Source of the DNA: Lama guanicoe
Lineage: Eukaryota
Reading direction: 5' to 3'
Length of the DNA: 64,000 nt
Assembly (NCBI GenBank): GCA_013239625.1
Contig: MU053561.1
Location: 2,682,283-2,746,282 of the forward strand
This document shows, in pieces, positions 12,857-24,240 of this stretch. The position numbers and the translations under genes are program-made. The notes beneath the pieces were generated by a model. It was not told the origin of the DNA, did no database searches, and was given only the letters and a program-made list of their open reading frames with translations. How positions within the stretch are numbered: position 1 is the stretch's first letter; each line of letters opens with the position of its first letter.

Positions 12857-13914
12857 GACCGTAAGTGCATTGTAGTCATTTACCCTGTGCACAGCTGGGG
12901 CCTCCTGGCTGGGACAGACACCACACACCACGTGCTTGCTCAGAGATTCAGACCTGCCCTCTCTTGGGGTGTGGAAGAAAACCCCTGGTCAGGTCACTGA
13001 TTCCTTCAGTCCTGGTTCACACTGCCCAAAGGGACTCAGGAAAACGAAAGCATTTAAGAGTCAGTCCATGTGTTCCATGGTGGGCACTTAATAAGCAGAT
13101 GGATTTCTATGGCTGATAACCAAGTGGTTATATTCATATAATCATATTAGATGAAGTGAAGATGGTGCCTGTGGATGGGGGGGTGGGGAGGGAAGATAAA
13201 GAGGGAAAAATAATAATAATAAAAAAAAAAACCCACCAAAGATTCCTTGGGTTGGGGAAGGGCGCTGGGCCAAAAATCAAGAGGCACCAAGGTTTCGAGA
13301 AGGTAGAAGGCAGGGGACAGTAAGGGAGAAAAAGTAACAGGTAGGAAAAGTTGACGAAGCCAAGGCTCCTAGGTCTTTGTGTCTAAATTGCAGCCAGGCA
13401 GCTGTGGAGCTGTAGGAGAAGGCTGAGGCAGAAGATCGAGCCACAGGGAACAAGACGGGGGACCCGCACACCAATTTTTATCGTAGCGCTCGGGCCACCC
13501 GGTGACCTTCGTAGGAGGAAGTTGGAGGGTCCTCCGGCTTCCCTGGAAAGGCAGCTGGGCGCGGGCTAGCGAGCGCGGAGCGCGGCTGGGCCGGTCCCGG
13601 CCATGGCGGGGCAGATCAAACCGCAGATTTCCGCTCCCGAGCTGGGGCGCGGGCCGGGACCGCTGGCACCTTCCGGGCCGGGAGTTCAAGGTGAGCCGGC
13701 TGCCGGCGGCTAACAGGTAGGGAGGGCCGGGGGAAGCCGGCCGCGGGCCACTCCCCCCGCACATGTGGGGACGGGGCTCGGCCTAGAGGACGACGGCTCG
13801 CACCCCGCGCAGCCCGGCCGGATTCGCGCCCGACTCCGGGCGGCCCCGCGCCCGCCGGCCCGCCCGCGCCCGGCCGAGCCCCCCGCGCCCCCGCCGGGCC
13901 CCGCGTGCACTCAC

Positions 13915-13963
13915 CCAGCGACAGAAGCGCCAGCAGCAGCGGCCTCGGCGCCAGGCGCCCCAT
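13915..13963 (-). CDS. PTGFRN: First coding exon (49 nt, signal peptide) of prostaglandin F2 receptor negative regulator (CD9P-1/EWI-F)
   Basis: ATG (cat at 13961-13963) in a good Kozak context (GCGAGCATGG) encodes MGRLAPRPLLLALLSL plus 1 nt, then a GTGAGT donor (actcac 13909-13914). This is nearly identical to the human PTGFRN N-terminus MGRLASRPLLLALLSL as I recall it, and it lies in a CpG island. Confidence 0.93.
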
Positions 13964-14110
13964 GCTCGCCGGGCGGGAGCGACTCTCCCCCTCCTCCTCC
14001 TTCCCCGCCGCCTCTCCTCCTCCTCCTCCTCCAGCTCCGGCTGCTCCAGAGTCAGCGCTCCTCCGCCTGGGCCGCGCGCCTGCTCCGCTCTCCTCACGAG
14101 CCGAGAAATC
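13964..14110 (-). other. PTGFRN: PTGFRN exon 1 5' UTR (upstream limit/TSS approximate), purine-rich with GGA repeats
   Basis: GC-rich sequence directly upstream of the ATG with no intervening splice acceptor evident; (GGA)n tract at ~14014-14032. The TSS cannot be fixed from sequence alone. Confidence 0.6.
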
Positions 14111-15429
14111 CCAGCGCTGAGGCGGACGTGCGCCCTTCGCTCCGCTCCCGCCCGCCCGCCTCCGCCCTCCTCCTCCAGCCGGCCGGGCACCGGGGGCCGG
14201 GAGCCGGGCGCCGGAGCCGCCCCGCCGAGCCGAGCGTGCAGCCCCGACCGCTTCCCGAAAGGAGAAGGGAAGAGCCGCAGCGCCCGCCCGCCCGCGCCTC
14301 CCATCCGGCGCTTTGCCAGCAACAAACACAAACTTTCCCAAGCCCCTCCCCGCTCCAGGTAACGGAGGCAGCGCCGGGGCCACCCGCTTAAAGGGGAGGA
14401 GGCGTCGGAGCCCACCCCGCTCTCCCCTCCGGGCCCCCGCCCCGCGACAAACTTTCCTCCGACCTTTAAAAGTTGGCCTTGGAAAGACTCTGTCTGGAAA
14501 TCCCATCGCTTGAGCTGCATTCCGAGCCACCCCGAGTTCCATCACTCTGGAGTCACCCACGCGTGGCTACTATTCCCTTAGCTGAGTCCCCGCACATTCA
14601 CCCACTCATCCCAGCTAAGCTCCCAGCCACCAGTCTCTTGGCCCTTGTGAAAAATTACTGGGATAGGACTGAAAGAGATGAAAGGACTTTCAAGGCCAGG
14701 GATTCCAGCCTCCGAGGTAAAGAGGCCTTAAGTATTTGGATGCCCTGCGCAGGATTCACAGCGGAAGTGGCGAGACCAGAACCCAGGTCTCACTCTGCTC
14801 TGCCCACTGCCCTGAGGCTGGGTGGGCCTCCCCTCCCCTCGCCCGCCTCCTTCCTTCTCCGGGGTGCCTATGGCACTGATTAGCGCTTCCCACAAATAGA
14901 CCCATGGTGGGGGCGGGGGGTGGCAGCGAACTGGGAACCCAAGTGTATTAATAGTTACAGTACTTCTATGGAATGTATTCTTTAGACATTATATTTATTG
15001 CTTTAAGTGGACACAACTGGTTGCCAATAAAGCTTCCTTTTACCTCCACAATAGGGTTTTGTGCTTTTGATTTGAATACAAAAGGCCCACTATTGGGGAA
15101 AAAAATTAGTGTTCATTGTTTAAAACTTCACAAAGATGATTCAAGCATACAGGAAGAAAAAAGGTTTTAAAAATGGGCTAAAAAAAGAAAACTACAGGGA
15201 GCAGCACTGCCCCCCCAACCCCCACACCACAGCCTTTTATTAGCATATGCAAAACAAATCACAGATGTTAATGGGAAACTGCCCAAACTGGGGAGAGGAA
15301 CATTGTTTTTACTCTAAGGCATCATTCTTTCCACTAATAAGTGTTTCTTATTTCCACTAACAAATGTGCCATTAGCCAGGTACGAGCCCTTCTGTAGGAG
15401 ACTCTTAAAAATTCATCCCTGGTGGGGCC

Positions 15430-15515
15430 ATAATGTCAATGCCACTGAACTGCACAATTTAAAAATGGTTCAGATGGTAGAGTCTATGTTATATATATTT
15501 TAACACAATTAAAAG
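15430..15515 (+). mobile_element. L1MB-like extreme 3' end
   Basis: aatgccactgaactgcacaatttaaaaatggtt...atgttatatatattttaacacaattaaaa. Confidence 0.7.
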
Positions 15516-15806
15516 ATTGTTTTAAATTCATTTTTGTCACCAAGGTTTTCATGCTGTTCACCCAGCCTACAATTCCTTTCCACTTCCCTTCCCACAGAAT
15601 CCTCTAGAATTTCTCTGGGAAGTTTTTCAATTTAATTCAACCAACCTTACATGCAAGCGTAGTATCAGGCCTTGTGAGAAGCTGGAGCTTCAGAGAACAG
15701 TAAGGCCTGGCCCTTCCAGAAGCTCAGATCTTTCCCTTTCTCAACTACCCACAGTGCTTAACGGCCGAAGCATATTCTGGTACTTAATCACATTCAGTTT
15801 AGCACA

Positions 15807-16158
15807 TGCTATGGACTGAATATTTGTGCCTCCCCCCCACAAATTCATATATTAATGCTCTAATCTCCAGTGGTACTTGGGCTCTTTAGGGGGTAATTAG
15901 GTCCTGGGGATGGAGCCCTCATGCATGGGATTAGTGTCCTTATAAGAAGAGACATGAGAGAGATTGTATCTATGCCATGTGAGATACATCAGGAAGGCGT
16001 CTGTCTACAAACCAGGAAGAGGCCCTCAGCAGGGACTGAGTGGGCCAGCACCTTGATCTTGGACCTCACAGCCTCCAGAACCATAAGAAATAAATGTCTG
16101 TTGTTCACGCCACCCAGTTTATGATATTTGTTATATCAGCATAAGCTGACTACATACA
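15807..16158 (+). mobile_element. MaLR solo LTR (MLT1A-like)
   Basis: TG...CA ends; tgctatggactgaat...gggattagtgtccttataagaagaga...accttgatcttggac...cagcctccagaac...agaaataaatgtctgttgtt. Confidence 0.88.
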
Positions 16159-16284
16159 CACAGCTCCCATCTCTGTCTAATCTGGAAGGGCCAGAGAGAC
16201 CGTCACAGTCCCATTTTATACCCCCTATTTTACTGCAGATTTGATGTTTGCTAAAAACTCTTTTGTTTAACAAACAAGTAAAAG

Positions 16285-16560
16285 TCTGGCAGTGTGCCTG
16301 GCACAAGATAGTTATTCAATAAATACTTGTAGAGTGAATTAGTGCCAGGCACTGGGATAGAGCCTGGGAATACAGAGGGAAATATGACAATTCCTGCCCT
16401 TGAGATGCTTGCAGCCTGTGCATCCTGACCTCGCAGGTGTAACCGCATTGCAAGGGACGGTTGTGACATAAGGGAGTGGTCAGTCCTGGGGAAACTTGTC
16501 CAAAAAAGCTTCTTGGAGAGGATGACTGAGAAATGAGTCTTGAATGATCAGTAGGTCTTT
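16285..16560. mobile_element. Tail-to-tail L2 3' ends (plus then minus)
   Basis: gtgcctggcac...tcaataaatacttgt (plus tail) abuts gtgccaggcactgggatag...cctgcccttgagatgctt (minus). Confidence 0.6.
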
Positions 16561-17428
16561 AGCTGTGAGGTGTCGGAATGAGCTTGCAAGAGATGTTGTA
16601 TATTTAAGGTGGTAGGGATTCTTCTCCCTCCCCTCCCCACCTCCAGGTGTTGCTGAATGAATGGTGCACCTTAACAACTGTGGAAACAGACAGAAGAAAT
16701 AAGACTGTCCAGGCAGGGCCAGTAGAATGAGGACTGAAGTGGGTAGCCTGTTGGTGGTGAGCTATGTTATGAGTCAGCCCAAGACAGACGTTTTTGTAGC
16801 AGAAAGTGAGGGTAAATGAGTAACTCCAGGTGCTTGGCCATAACACCACATCCTCTGATAGCCCTACTACCAAAGGATAAAATACGTTCTGAACTAAGGG
16901 AACATCACACCTGAAGCAGACAGCACAGTTTGTTCAGTCATGACTCTGGAATCCAGTGGTGCTTTTATTGCAAAAGGTTTTTATATGCCAGAGTGAGTAA
17001 CCCCCTCTACAGGTAAGGCTTTTGCCCCAACCAGTTGTTCTCAGTTTGCTTAGTCTATATCCTTGCCTGGGGCAGGAAGGCTCACTCTCCAGCACCTCTG
17101 ACCCACACCTATCCCCAAGGAGGTAAGTCCCTCTGCAAGTTTCCTTGGCCAATCAGTGACCCCCAGAGGCTCTGGTCACAGCAGCCAGCCATTATTGCCT
17201 CTTGATTACACGGGTCTGTCTGCAGGTGCTGCCTCCTAAAAACCCCTTGAGGGTCTCACACTCTCACTTCTAACAGATTTTCCTGCAGAGATCAGTAAAA
17301 TCATCTTATTATTTAAAGGTGAACATGGAAATATTAAAAGATCCCAGTGAATGAATCTGCTGATTGTCTTAAGATTCCCCTAGATTTGGTATGTTATCTT
17401 TGCTACCTCCACCAGCGTGTGCGCACAA

Positions 17429-17446
17429 ACACACACACACACACAC
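17429..17446. repeat. (AC)n microsatellite
   Basis: Read directly. Confidence 0.9.
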
Positions 17447-18661
17447 TCCAGATGACCCTGACACTACTTCAGCAGAATGGCCAGCACAGGAGTGTGTTCA
17501 ACAGCAACATTTCATTCCACTAATCATTTTCATTCAATTGTCCTTCTATGGTATCCAGTTGTCTGTTTCCCCTATTGAAGTTAAACGGGATTGCTAATCA
17601 AAACGAAATCTTAAGACTTAATCATAGAATTAGAGAATGGAGTTAAGAGTTAAAGGGGGGGGGGGCTTCATTTCCTGATGAGTGAGAGTCATTTAATATT
17701 GGTGAGGCCGTGAGGGAAGTTGTGGAATGCCCGTCAGACAAGTTTCAAAAACAGAAAGAGACCTCATCTGTTTGGAATGGGTTAAGCATGGTCCTGCCGA
17801 GGGCTATGCTCTGTGACCTCTGCCCCAAAAGACTGAAATGGGAGATAGTGGAGAATGTTCTTAGATGCCCAGAACTCTCCCTGAGTCCAGCTCGGCCAGT
17901 TTAGAAGGGCTTTTCAAGTGCACACCCTGTAGAGACACCGGGGTGAAAGAATTTGAAGATAAAAACAAGAAGATGGAAAGAGATGAAGCTTTTGCTGTAA
18001 AAGGTCTCTATGAAAGTGAGGCCTCGTTACTCTATTAAGAGTATGCATGGCCCTTGCCCTACAGGGGTTTATAATCTAGTTCAATGTAGCAAAAGACCTG
18101 GAACACTGCAAAGGAAGGGGAGAAGATTGATGCCAGAAGAGCAAAGGAAATTGAAAGGGAGGTAAGTAGATAAGAGAGGCACCAGTTATTGTGTGTCGTA
18201 TTCTGCAAATACGCCATCATCCCGGCTTGAAAATACTTCCAACAATGAATAGAGACAGCACAGTCCATTATGAGAAAGAAGTACGGCCACATCAGGGAAG
18301 TTTGAAATAGCCAGAGGGGACTTCAGGATGTTGGAGGAGATTCTTTACATAAAGCCAGGGTTGCCGACCTGATGGTACCCAAAGGTGCCCCATCCGGCCT
18401 GAATTTGTGCCCTGGCCCCGAGCTGGTGTACCGGGGAGGGGGCTTATGCCCTCATAGGAAGGCACTTTAGCCTGGTCTCCACATAGAAGCATGGCTTGGG
18501 GCTGGGGGATGCAGGGGGCAGGGGGTGTCCTCCTCCTTTCCCCTTACTAACCCTCACCAGTCTTTCTCATCTCACTTGAGCTCTGCTTCTGGGTTCAACT
18601 GGAAAATTACCTTAACTTCTGGGCACTAGATTTTTAAAGTATTTGCAAACTAAAACGCATG

Positions 18662-18848
18662 CAGAGTATTTAAAATATAGGATGCTCAGTTGAATGAGTT
18701 TCAGATGAACAAGGACTACATTTTCAGTATAAATATGTCCCAAATATTACATGAAGCCCACTTACACTGAAAAAGTACGCCTTGTTTATCCGAAACACAA
18801 ATTCAGCTGGACATCCTACATTTTTATTTACACTGTCTGGCAACCCTC
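18662..18848. mobile_element. MER53 (hAT MITE), near full-length palindrome
   Basis: taggatgctcagttgaat / attcagctggacatccta inverted arms, centre tatgtcccaaatattacatg, terminus tctggcaaccct. Confidence 0.8.
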
Positions 18849-18904
18849 ATCCAGAGAGGAGTTACCTTATATGGAAATCAGTTCTTCTGGAAGACTTGGA
18901 GAAG

Positions 18905-19230
18905 TCAATGGGGAGCTCTGAGTAGTTATCTTCAGATTGTGTTGAAGCTTTGCGTTTCAAAGAAGGAATAGACTTGCTTTGGGTTTTATGTTGAGTCACT
19001 GGGTGAAAATTGCCAAGAGACAGAACGGGCCTCATTTGTCATTATCAGAGTTAGTACTCTGAGGGGAGCTACATTATTTGGTGTTATCCTGTCCCCTCTA
19101 AAAAGCATTCAGGGAAAGGTTACATGCCGACGTATAAGGGGGGCTGTGAGGGAATTACTATATTGGGTGGGGCCCTAGACAAACTGACTTTGCAGGAGGA
19201 CCTTTCCAACCTCAAGACTGTGTGTGATTT
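18905..19230 (+). mobile_element. L3/CR1 3' fragment
   Basis: agaaggaatagacttgct... ending gacctttccaacctcaagactgtgtgtgatt, typical of a CR1-type 3' terminus. Confidence 0.5.
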
Positions 19231-19299
19231 TACCTAAATCCAGCCAAGTCTCTTTTCTTCTTCCTCTTCCAAAGTTACATCTTTGCCCCTGCTTCTCCC

Positions 19300-19396
19300 T
19301 TTTTTTCTTTTTTCTTTTTTTAAATTCACTTTATTTTTTTTAATTTAAAAAAATTTAAAAAAAAACTGAAGTATAGGCGACTCACAATGCTGTGAA
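19300..19396 (-). mobile_element. Very short L1 3' stub with long composite A-rich tail
   Basis: ctgaagtataggcgactcacaatgctgtga matches the extreme 3' end of the same family; flanked by ctccctttt on both sides. Confidence 0.65.
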
Positions 19397-20550
19397 CTGC
19401 TCCCTTTTCTTGAAGTTCCCTCCCTTTGGGCCTTACTGCTGTGTGCCCTTGCAGCGTCAGAGAACAGAGCAAGGTCATCTGCAGCTAGATGCTGGAGCTT
19501 TCCTCCAGGAAACTAGGGTTACTACCCCCGCTACCTACCCACCCTCTACCGGAGGGGACTCAGATGAATTATTGTAAAACCAAGCCAAGTTTTGGGGAGA
19601 CAGCTTTTTTGTCCACTTTGTAGCTCATAATCTCCCTCAGAAAGTCACTTAGTGGAGGGGTACCTTTTGGCAACTTTGTCTCTCTTGGAAGGTGAATGGG
19701 GTGGCATTTTGCAAGTCAGCCACTTTGTGGGTCCTCTCTTGAATGGCTTTTCTTTCCCTATGGCAGAAGCCAGTTTGTAGCCCCTTCTTTTACATTTCAT
19801 CTGACCTAAAATTGTTGTATCCATGCTTTAGGATGTAAATCTTGTGGGGCCCTGATCACCCATTTGTCTCTGAGTGAGGAAGAATGCGGAGTTACTTTCT
19901 GAGGAGAGTCTTGGCGGCCTGCCCGTGAAAACCCTGGAGGTGTGCCGGTGTGGCCCGGCCATTTCACAAGAGATGTCAGACCTGCCCCAGGTGGGCTGAT
20001 TGATGTGGAGAACAGGTGGCTTTGTGCTTAAGCAGCCACCTGGAACCGCCACCATCCAGATGAGGATGAGGTTTTCAAACTTTCTGCTGCTCAATATTTT
20101 TAAAAGCTCAGCTGCGAGGAACAATATTTATGGAAGATTCCCCGGTGTAAATGCAGTCTGTACGTTCTTTTAGATACCCTAAGATCTCCCCCTGAATTAT
20201 GAATTAAGGAGCCCATCAGTGAGCTGGCTATCTGGCTGTATCATATCAGCACCCCCGTAAAATTGCTTTTACTAAATTGCATTTTGTCATGATGCCATCA
20301 GTCGGTATTGAGGGGTGTCCTAAGGAGCGGCCCTAAGGAGAGGTTTACAGATGCTCCTCATTACGTCAGGCAACAGCCTCTCTACTTAGGACCCGAGCAG
20401 AAATTTTACTCTGATCTCAGGACTACAAAGAATTGTGCTTTTCCTTAGCGACTGGTTTCTTTTTACCTTGTGGACTCTGTAAATATTATAACTGGGAGTT
20501 TTCCTGTTCATGGTAGTGGTTAGAAACCTTATGGTCAAATCTGTGCCCTT

Positions 20551-20694
20551 GGGGGTGAGAGTATCTCTCTATGTATCTATGTATCTATGTATCTATGTAT
20601 CTATGTATCTATCTATCTCAGTGGTAGAGCGTGTGCTCAGTATGCACAAGGTCCTGGGTTCAATCCCCAGTCTCTCCATCAAAAAACCAAAAAC
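20551..20694 (+). mobile_element. tRNA-derived SINE, camelid Vic-1-like, with internal microsatellite
   Basis: GGGGG start, ctcagtggtagagcgtgtgctcagtatgcacaaggtcctgggttcaatcccc tRNA-like body with B box GGTTCAATCCC (20657-20667), and an A-rich tail. TSD aatctgtg(c/g)cctt at 20538-20550 and 20695-20707. Confidence 0.88.
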
Positions 20695-20741
20695 AATCTG
20701 TGGCCTTTCTCTAGCACATAGGAAAAGGACTTAGAGCAGGA

Positions 20742-20938
20742 TTTTTTTTTAATTGAAATATAGTCAGTTTGCAATGTGTCAATTTCTGGTGTACAGCACA
20801 ATCTTTTGTTCATACATATATATATTCATTTTGATATTCTTTTTCATTATAGTTTACTATAAGATATTGAATATAGTTCCCTGTGCTGTACAGTAGAAAC
20901 TCATTGTTTATCTATTTTATTAAATAGTAGTTAGTATC
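20742..20938 (-). mobile_element. 5'-truncated young L1 3' end
   Basis: Same family; TSD-like gagcaggattttt / gagcatgaattttt flanks. Confidence 0.85.
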
Positions 20939-21557
20939 GAGCATGAATTTTTGAATCACCTCACTTCCAGCTCCTCCCTCCCTTGCCACTATTATTCCCC
21001 CTTCCCGCATTTTACCTTTTTTTCATTTTCATTTCCTCTATTTTGTTCAGGCAGTGGCACAATGCAGGAAACGGTTTCTATTCTATTCCACACCTCCTGC
21101 CCTTCAAGAGACATTTAAATTCTAACTCCTCACTTGCAGATTAAATACAATGAGGTAATAATCACAATGAACTCCGCTTCCAGGAGAAGGCTGGAAAGTG
21201 ATTAGGCCGTGTCAGCCGCCCTTGAACTTGAGGACTGGTGCGATGACACAGGGCGATGTGGCCCTTTGGAGTCACCAGAGCTCCTGAGAAAGGACGTCGT
21301 TTCCAGGAGCAGCGGGTAGCGTCCTCTCCGCTGATCCTAGAAAAGTGCACAGTTCATTCGTCTGCAAGGGTTAGCAAATATTAGCATGAGCTTGCTCTCT
21401 CCAACCACACAAGGGCTGGAGGGCTGGAGTGTTCTGAGGGTGTCCTGGGCAGATGGATAGCAACTGAGCCCAAATTCTATGCAGGCAACAGCTCAAAGGT
21501 GATGGTCCAGTTAGCTGTCCTTCTGAGATGCCTCTCACACTTCCTCACTTGACCACC

Positions 21558-21932
21558 CGTTGGGGTTAGGTTCCCTCGAAGGCAAACATGAAACATCGAT
21601 CTGGGTGTGAGTGCTTGATTTGAGAAGTGAGCTCAGCAAAACCTGAGACACTGACCTGGGTGTGAGTGGCTGATTCAGGAAGTGATCTCAGAAAGCAGTG
21701 CTGAGGGAGCAGTGTGCCAGTCCGGGCAGGAGAGGGAGAGAGAGATTAAAGTCTGTGTTCTCGAGGGAGCACCGCTGTGGGTCATCTGTGTTCCATGTGC
21801 CTCAGAACTGCCCCCAAGGGAACACCTGTGTCTCTCCACCTGGGCCCCTGGCAGCATGCACTGATCTGGCCCCCTTGGCTGCATGGAAACCCTGGGAGGG
21901 GCTGAGGGATGTGACTCGGGGCATCTTGTACA
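21558..21932 (-). mobile_element. ERVL LTR33-like LTR
   Basis: ggttaggttccctcgaaggcaaac...tgatttgagaagtga...gggctgagggatgtgactcggggcatcttgtaca resembles antisense LTR33. Confidence 0.5.
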
Positions 21933-23294
21933 GTTACAGCTATAGTCCTGTCAGTTTCCCGGGGCTGCTGTCCCCCACCCATGCCCTGTGCGTATCTCTA
22001 GCACTGCATTTAAGATGTGTGTCTTATGGTTGCACAACGACTCTGCATTTATGTATCCACCCCCTTCGCTGAAGGAGAGCAGAGGCTGTGCTCCCAGCTT
22101 TGTAGCCCAGCATCCAGCATGGTATTCGACACACAGTAGACCTGCCTAGTAAATGCTTCAGCTCCAACAAGTGCTGGTATAGCATGATTCCTTATCTACT
22201 GGAGTGCCACATACAGTTTTATTTGAGGGAAAAATAATTCAAAACACTAATCTACTCCAACCGTCTCATTTTACAGATAAAGCTTCAGAGGCCCAGAGAA
22301 CCTAAGAAACATGTCCGAGATTACACAGTAGATTAAGGTGCATATGGAATATTAAAATGATTTCACAGAGTATGCCAAACGCAGTCAGGGGAGCCGACTG
22401 GAGTTAGAATGTGAGTTATTAGCACTTCAGACGGAGGGTATGACCACCTCCGTGCTGGCTTTCCAGGAGGAAATGGCTTAAAATAAATTAACTTGGAAAG
22501 TTCTTGAGCTCAGATTAAAGAGGTGAATGGCTCAAATGAGGCTTTCTCTTCTAGGAGGAGAAATTCACCCTCTGTAAACACATTTTCAGGTAACGTACCA
22601 AGGACTTTGAATCAGAAGGACCCCATTGAGCATTTTCTTCCCTCCACCCTGTTCATCTGACAGTGGCAGGTATGGGGAGAATGATGTTTTTGTTTTTAAC
22701 CAAAAAAATGAGGTATGGATGGTACTACCATCTTAATAACTGGACAAGATTTCTGCCAGCCCTCCCCCTTGCCCATGCTCCCCTCCTGCCTCTATAGACC
22801 ATCATTCTACTGTCATCTAAGGTGCATGTATGACACAGAGCACACCAGGGATGGTCAAAGATTGTGATGAAAACCAAATAAGAATTTACCACTTGTCACT
22901 GCATGCATGCTAGTATTAAAAACAGAAAAACAAAAAGAAACCTAGTGAAACACTTTATTTTGCGGGGAGGGGAGAAGCGGAGGTTGTCATGTGAGTCATG
23001 AGAACTAGTCATTCCGGTCAAATGAGAGAATCAGGATTTATTTGAACAGACATACTCGCACCAAACTTTTCTTATTTGCCCAGACATGGGTCAACATTAC
23101 TCTAGAGAAGAGGGGCTAGTGCAATGTTTCCACGGTCCATGGCACCGTAACAAAAAAAGAACTTGGTGAGTATAAGGCAGACCCCTGCTCCTCGTCTGTG
23201 TGGCCCATTCTTAAAAGTTTTCCTTCTGACACTCATCAGAGCCAGAAGCTCCAAAAGTCAAATGATGCAGAAGGAAGTGGTGACATTTTTCTTC

Positions 23295-23520
23295 GGGCCA
23301 TGGAGGATGCAGGTTAAGAGCAGTGAAGTGGAGTCACAAAGCCTAGGTGAACGTTCAGCCTCTGCCACGCATAAAAGTTCTCTCACCTGACGCAAGTTAT
23401 CTAACCTCCCTGGGTCCTTTTCCCACGTCTGCAAAGTGAGAACAATAACACTATTGTTTGGGGATAATTGAGAAAGGATAGCACATTTCTGTGGTGAAAG
23501 CTGTTGGCTTGTCTCTCTAC
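23295..23520 (+). mobile_element. MIR SINE
   Basis: ggttaagagc...gcaagttatctaacctccctgggtcc...tctgcaaagtgagaacaataac. Confidence 0.65.
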
Positions 23521-23759
23521 AGTGAGTGTCCCCACCTCCATGTCCACCATGGCAGACGACCAGTGTCTACCAAAATGTGTGTCCCCCTCCACAGTGTGGA
23601 GTTATCCCAGGGTACCCGCTGTCCTGCTGGGGACTGTATTTCTGGCTCCCTTTCCATCCAGATGTGGTGGGTGAGCATGAGCAGAAATTCCACGTGTAAC
23701 ATCGAAGGGAGCAGGTTAAGAAGTAGTAGAAGAGCAGGTTAAGTTAGTAGTTAAGAAGT

Positions 23760-23960
23760 CATAGTCTCTTCTCTCACCTGCTGGAGCCACAGGGTGGGGA
23801 AGCAGGAGGAGTCTCCGGATCTCTCCGTGGAGGAAAGCTGCAGCCAGGAACGCCTGCACTGTCCTGTCATGCCAGGGAGAAATGAGCTTTGAAGGTGTTA
23901 AGTCACTGAAATGTGGGGGCTTACTTGTTACAGCTGCTACCATTACCCGGAGTAATACAC
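23760..23960 (+). mobile_element. MLT1 LTR 3' part
   Basis: gtgttaagtcactgaaatgtggggg...ttgttacagc...taataca terminus. Confidence 0.55.
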
Positions 23961-24129
23961 CTCCCATCTTCTTCTCTAACAGAGCGTCACTGCTGCAGGG
24001 GAGCCCACCCACCTCTGCTGAAGCACAGACCTCAGGGGAGGCTGCTCCATTCCCAGGCCCAGTGGGTATTCCTGAGTGCTCTACAACATCAGCTCTCTGA
24101 AGCTCTAAATTCTCATCTTCACACGTACC

Positions 24130-24240
24130 ACCATGCCCTTGTCAGGACTGGCTCAAGCATGAACATGTGAGCAAATTCTAGCCAATGAGATGGGAAGGGA
24201 GGTCTCCTGGGAGGGGTTCTTAGAAAGGTCTTTTTCTTAT
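24130..24240 (+). mobile_element. MLT1K/L-like LTR, 5' half (split by the L1 at 24.2-28.7 kb)
   Basis: catgtgagcaaattctagccaatgagatg...ggggttcttagaaagg; continues at 28699. Confidence 0.6.

Larger units (their letters stand above)
1..13914 (-). other. PTGFRN: PTGFRN intron 1 (continues beyond the window start)
   Basis: Begins at the GT donor at 13914. No sequence encoding the expected exon 2 peptide (LCRGRVVRVP...ELVIPC) was seen in 1-13914; the content is repeat-rich non-coding DNA. Confidence 0.85.
13430..14570. promoter_or_regulatory. CpG island / PTGFRN promoter with multiple GC boxes
   Basis: Very high GC and CpG density over ~1.1 kb spanning exon 1, with GGGCGG/CCGCCC Sp/KLF motifs (e.g. 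ccccgccc near 14435). Confidence 0.92.

Noticed and set aside
13369..14883. Long overlapping ORFs (131-314 aa) on both strands as separate genes
   Set aside because: These are low-complexity Arg/Gly/Pro/Ala ORFs expected in a stop-poor CpG island; only the 49-nt signal-peptide exon is recognisable.
20616..20680. tRNA gene
   Set aside because: The 5' acceptor region is disrupted by a microsatellite, and the A-rich tail and TSD show a SINE copy rather than a functional tRNA.
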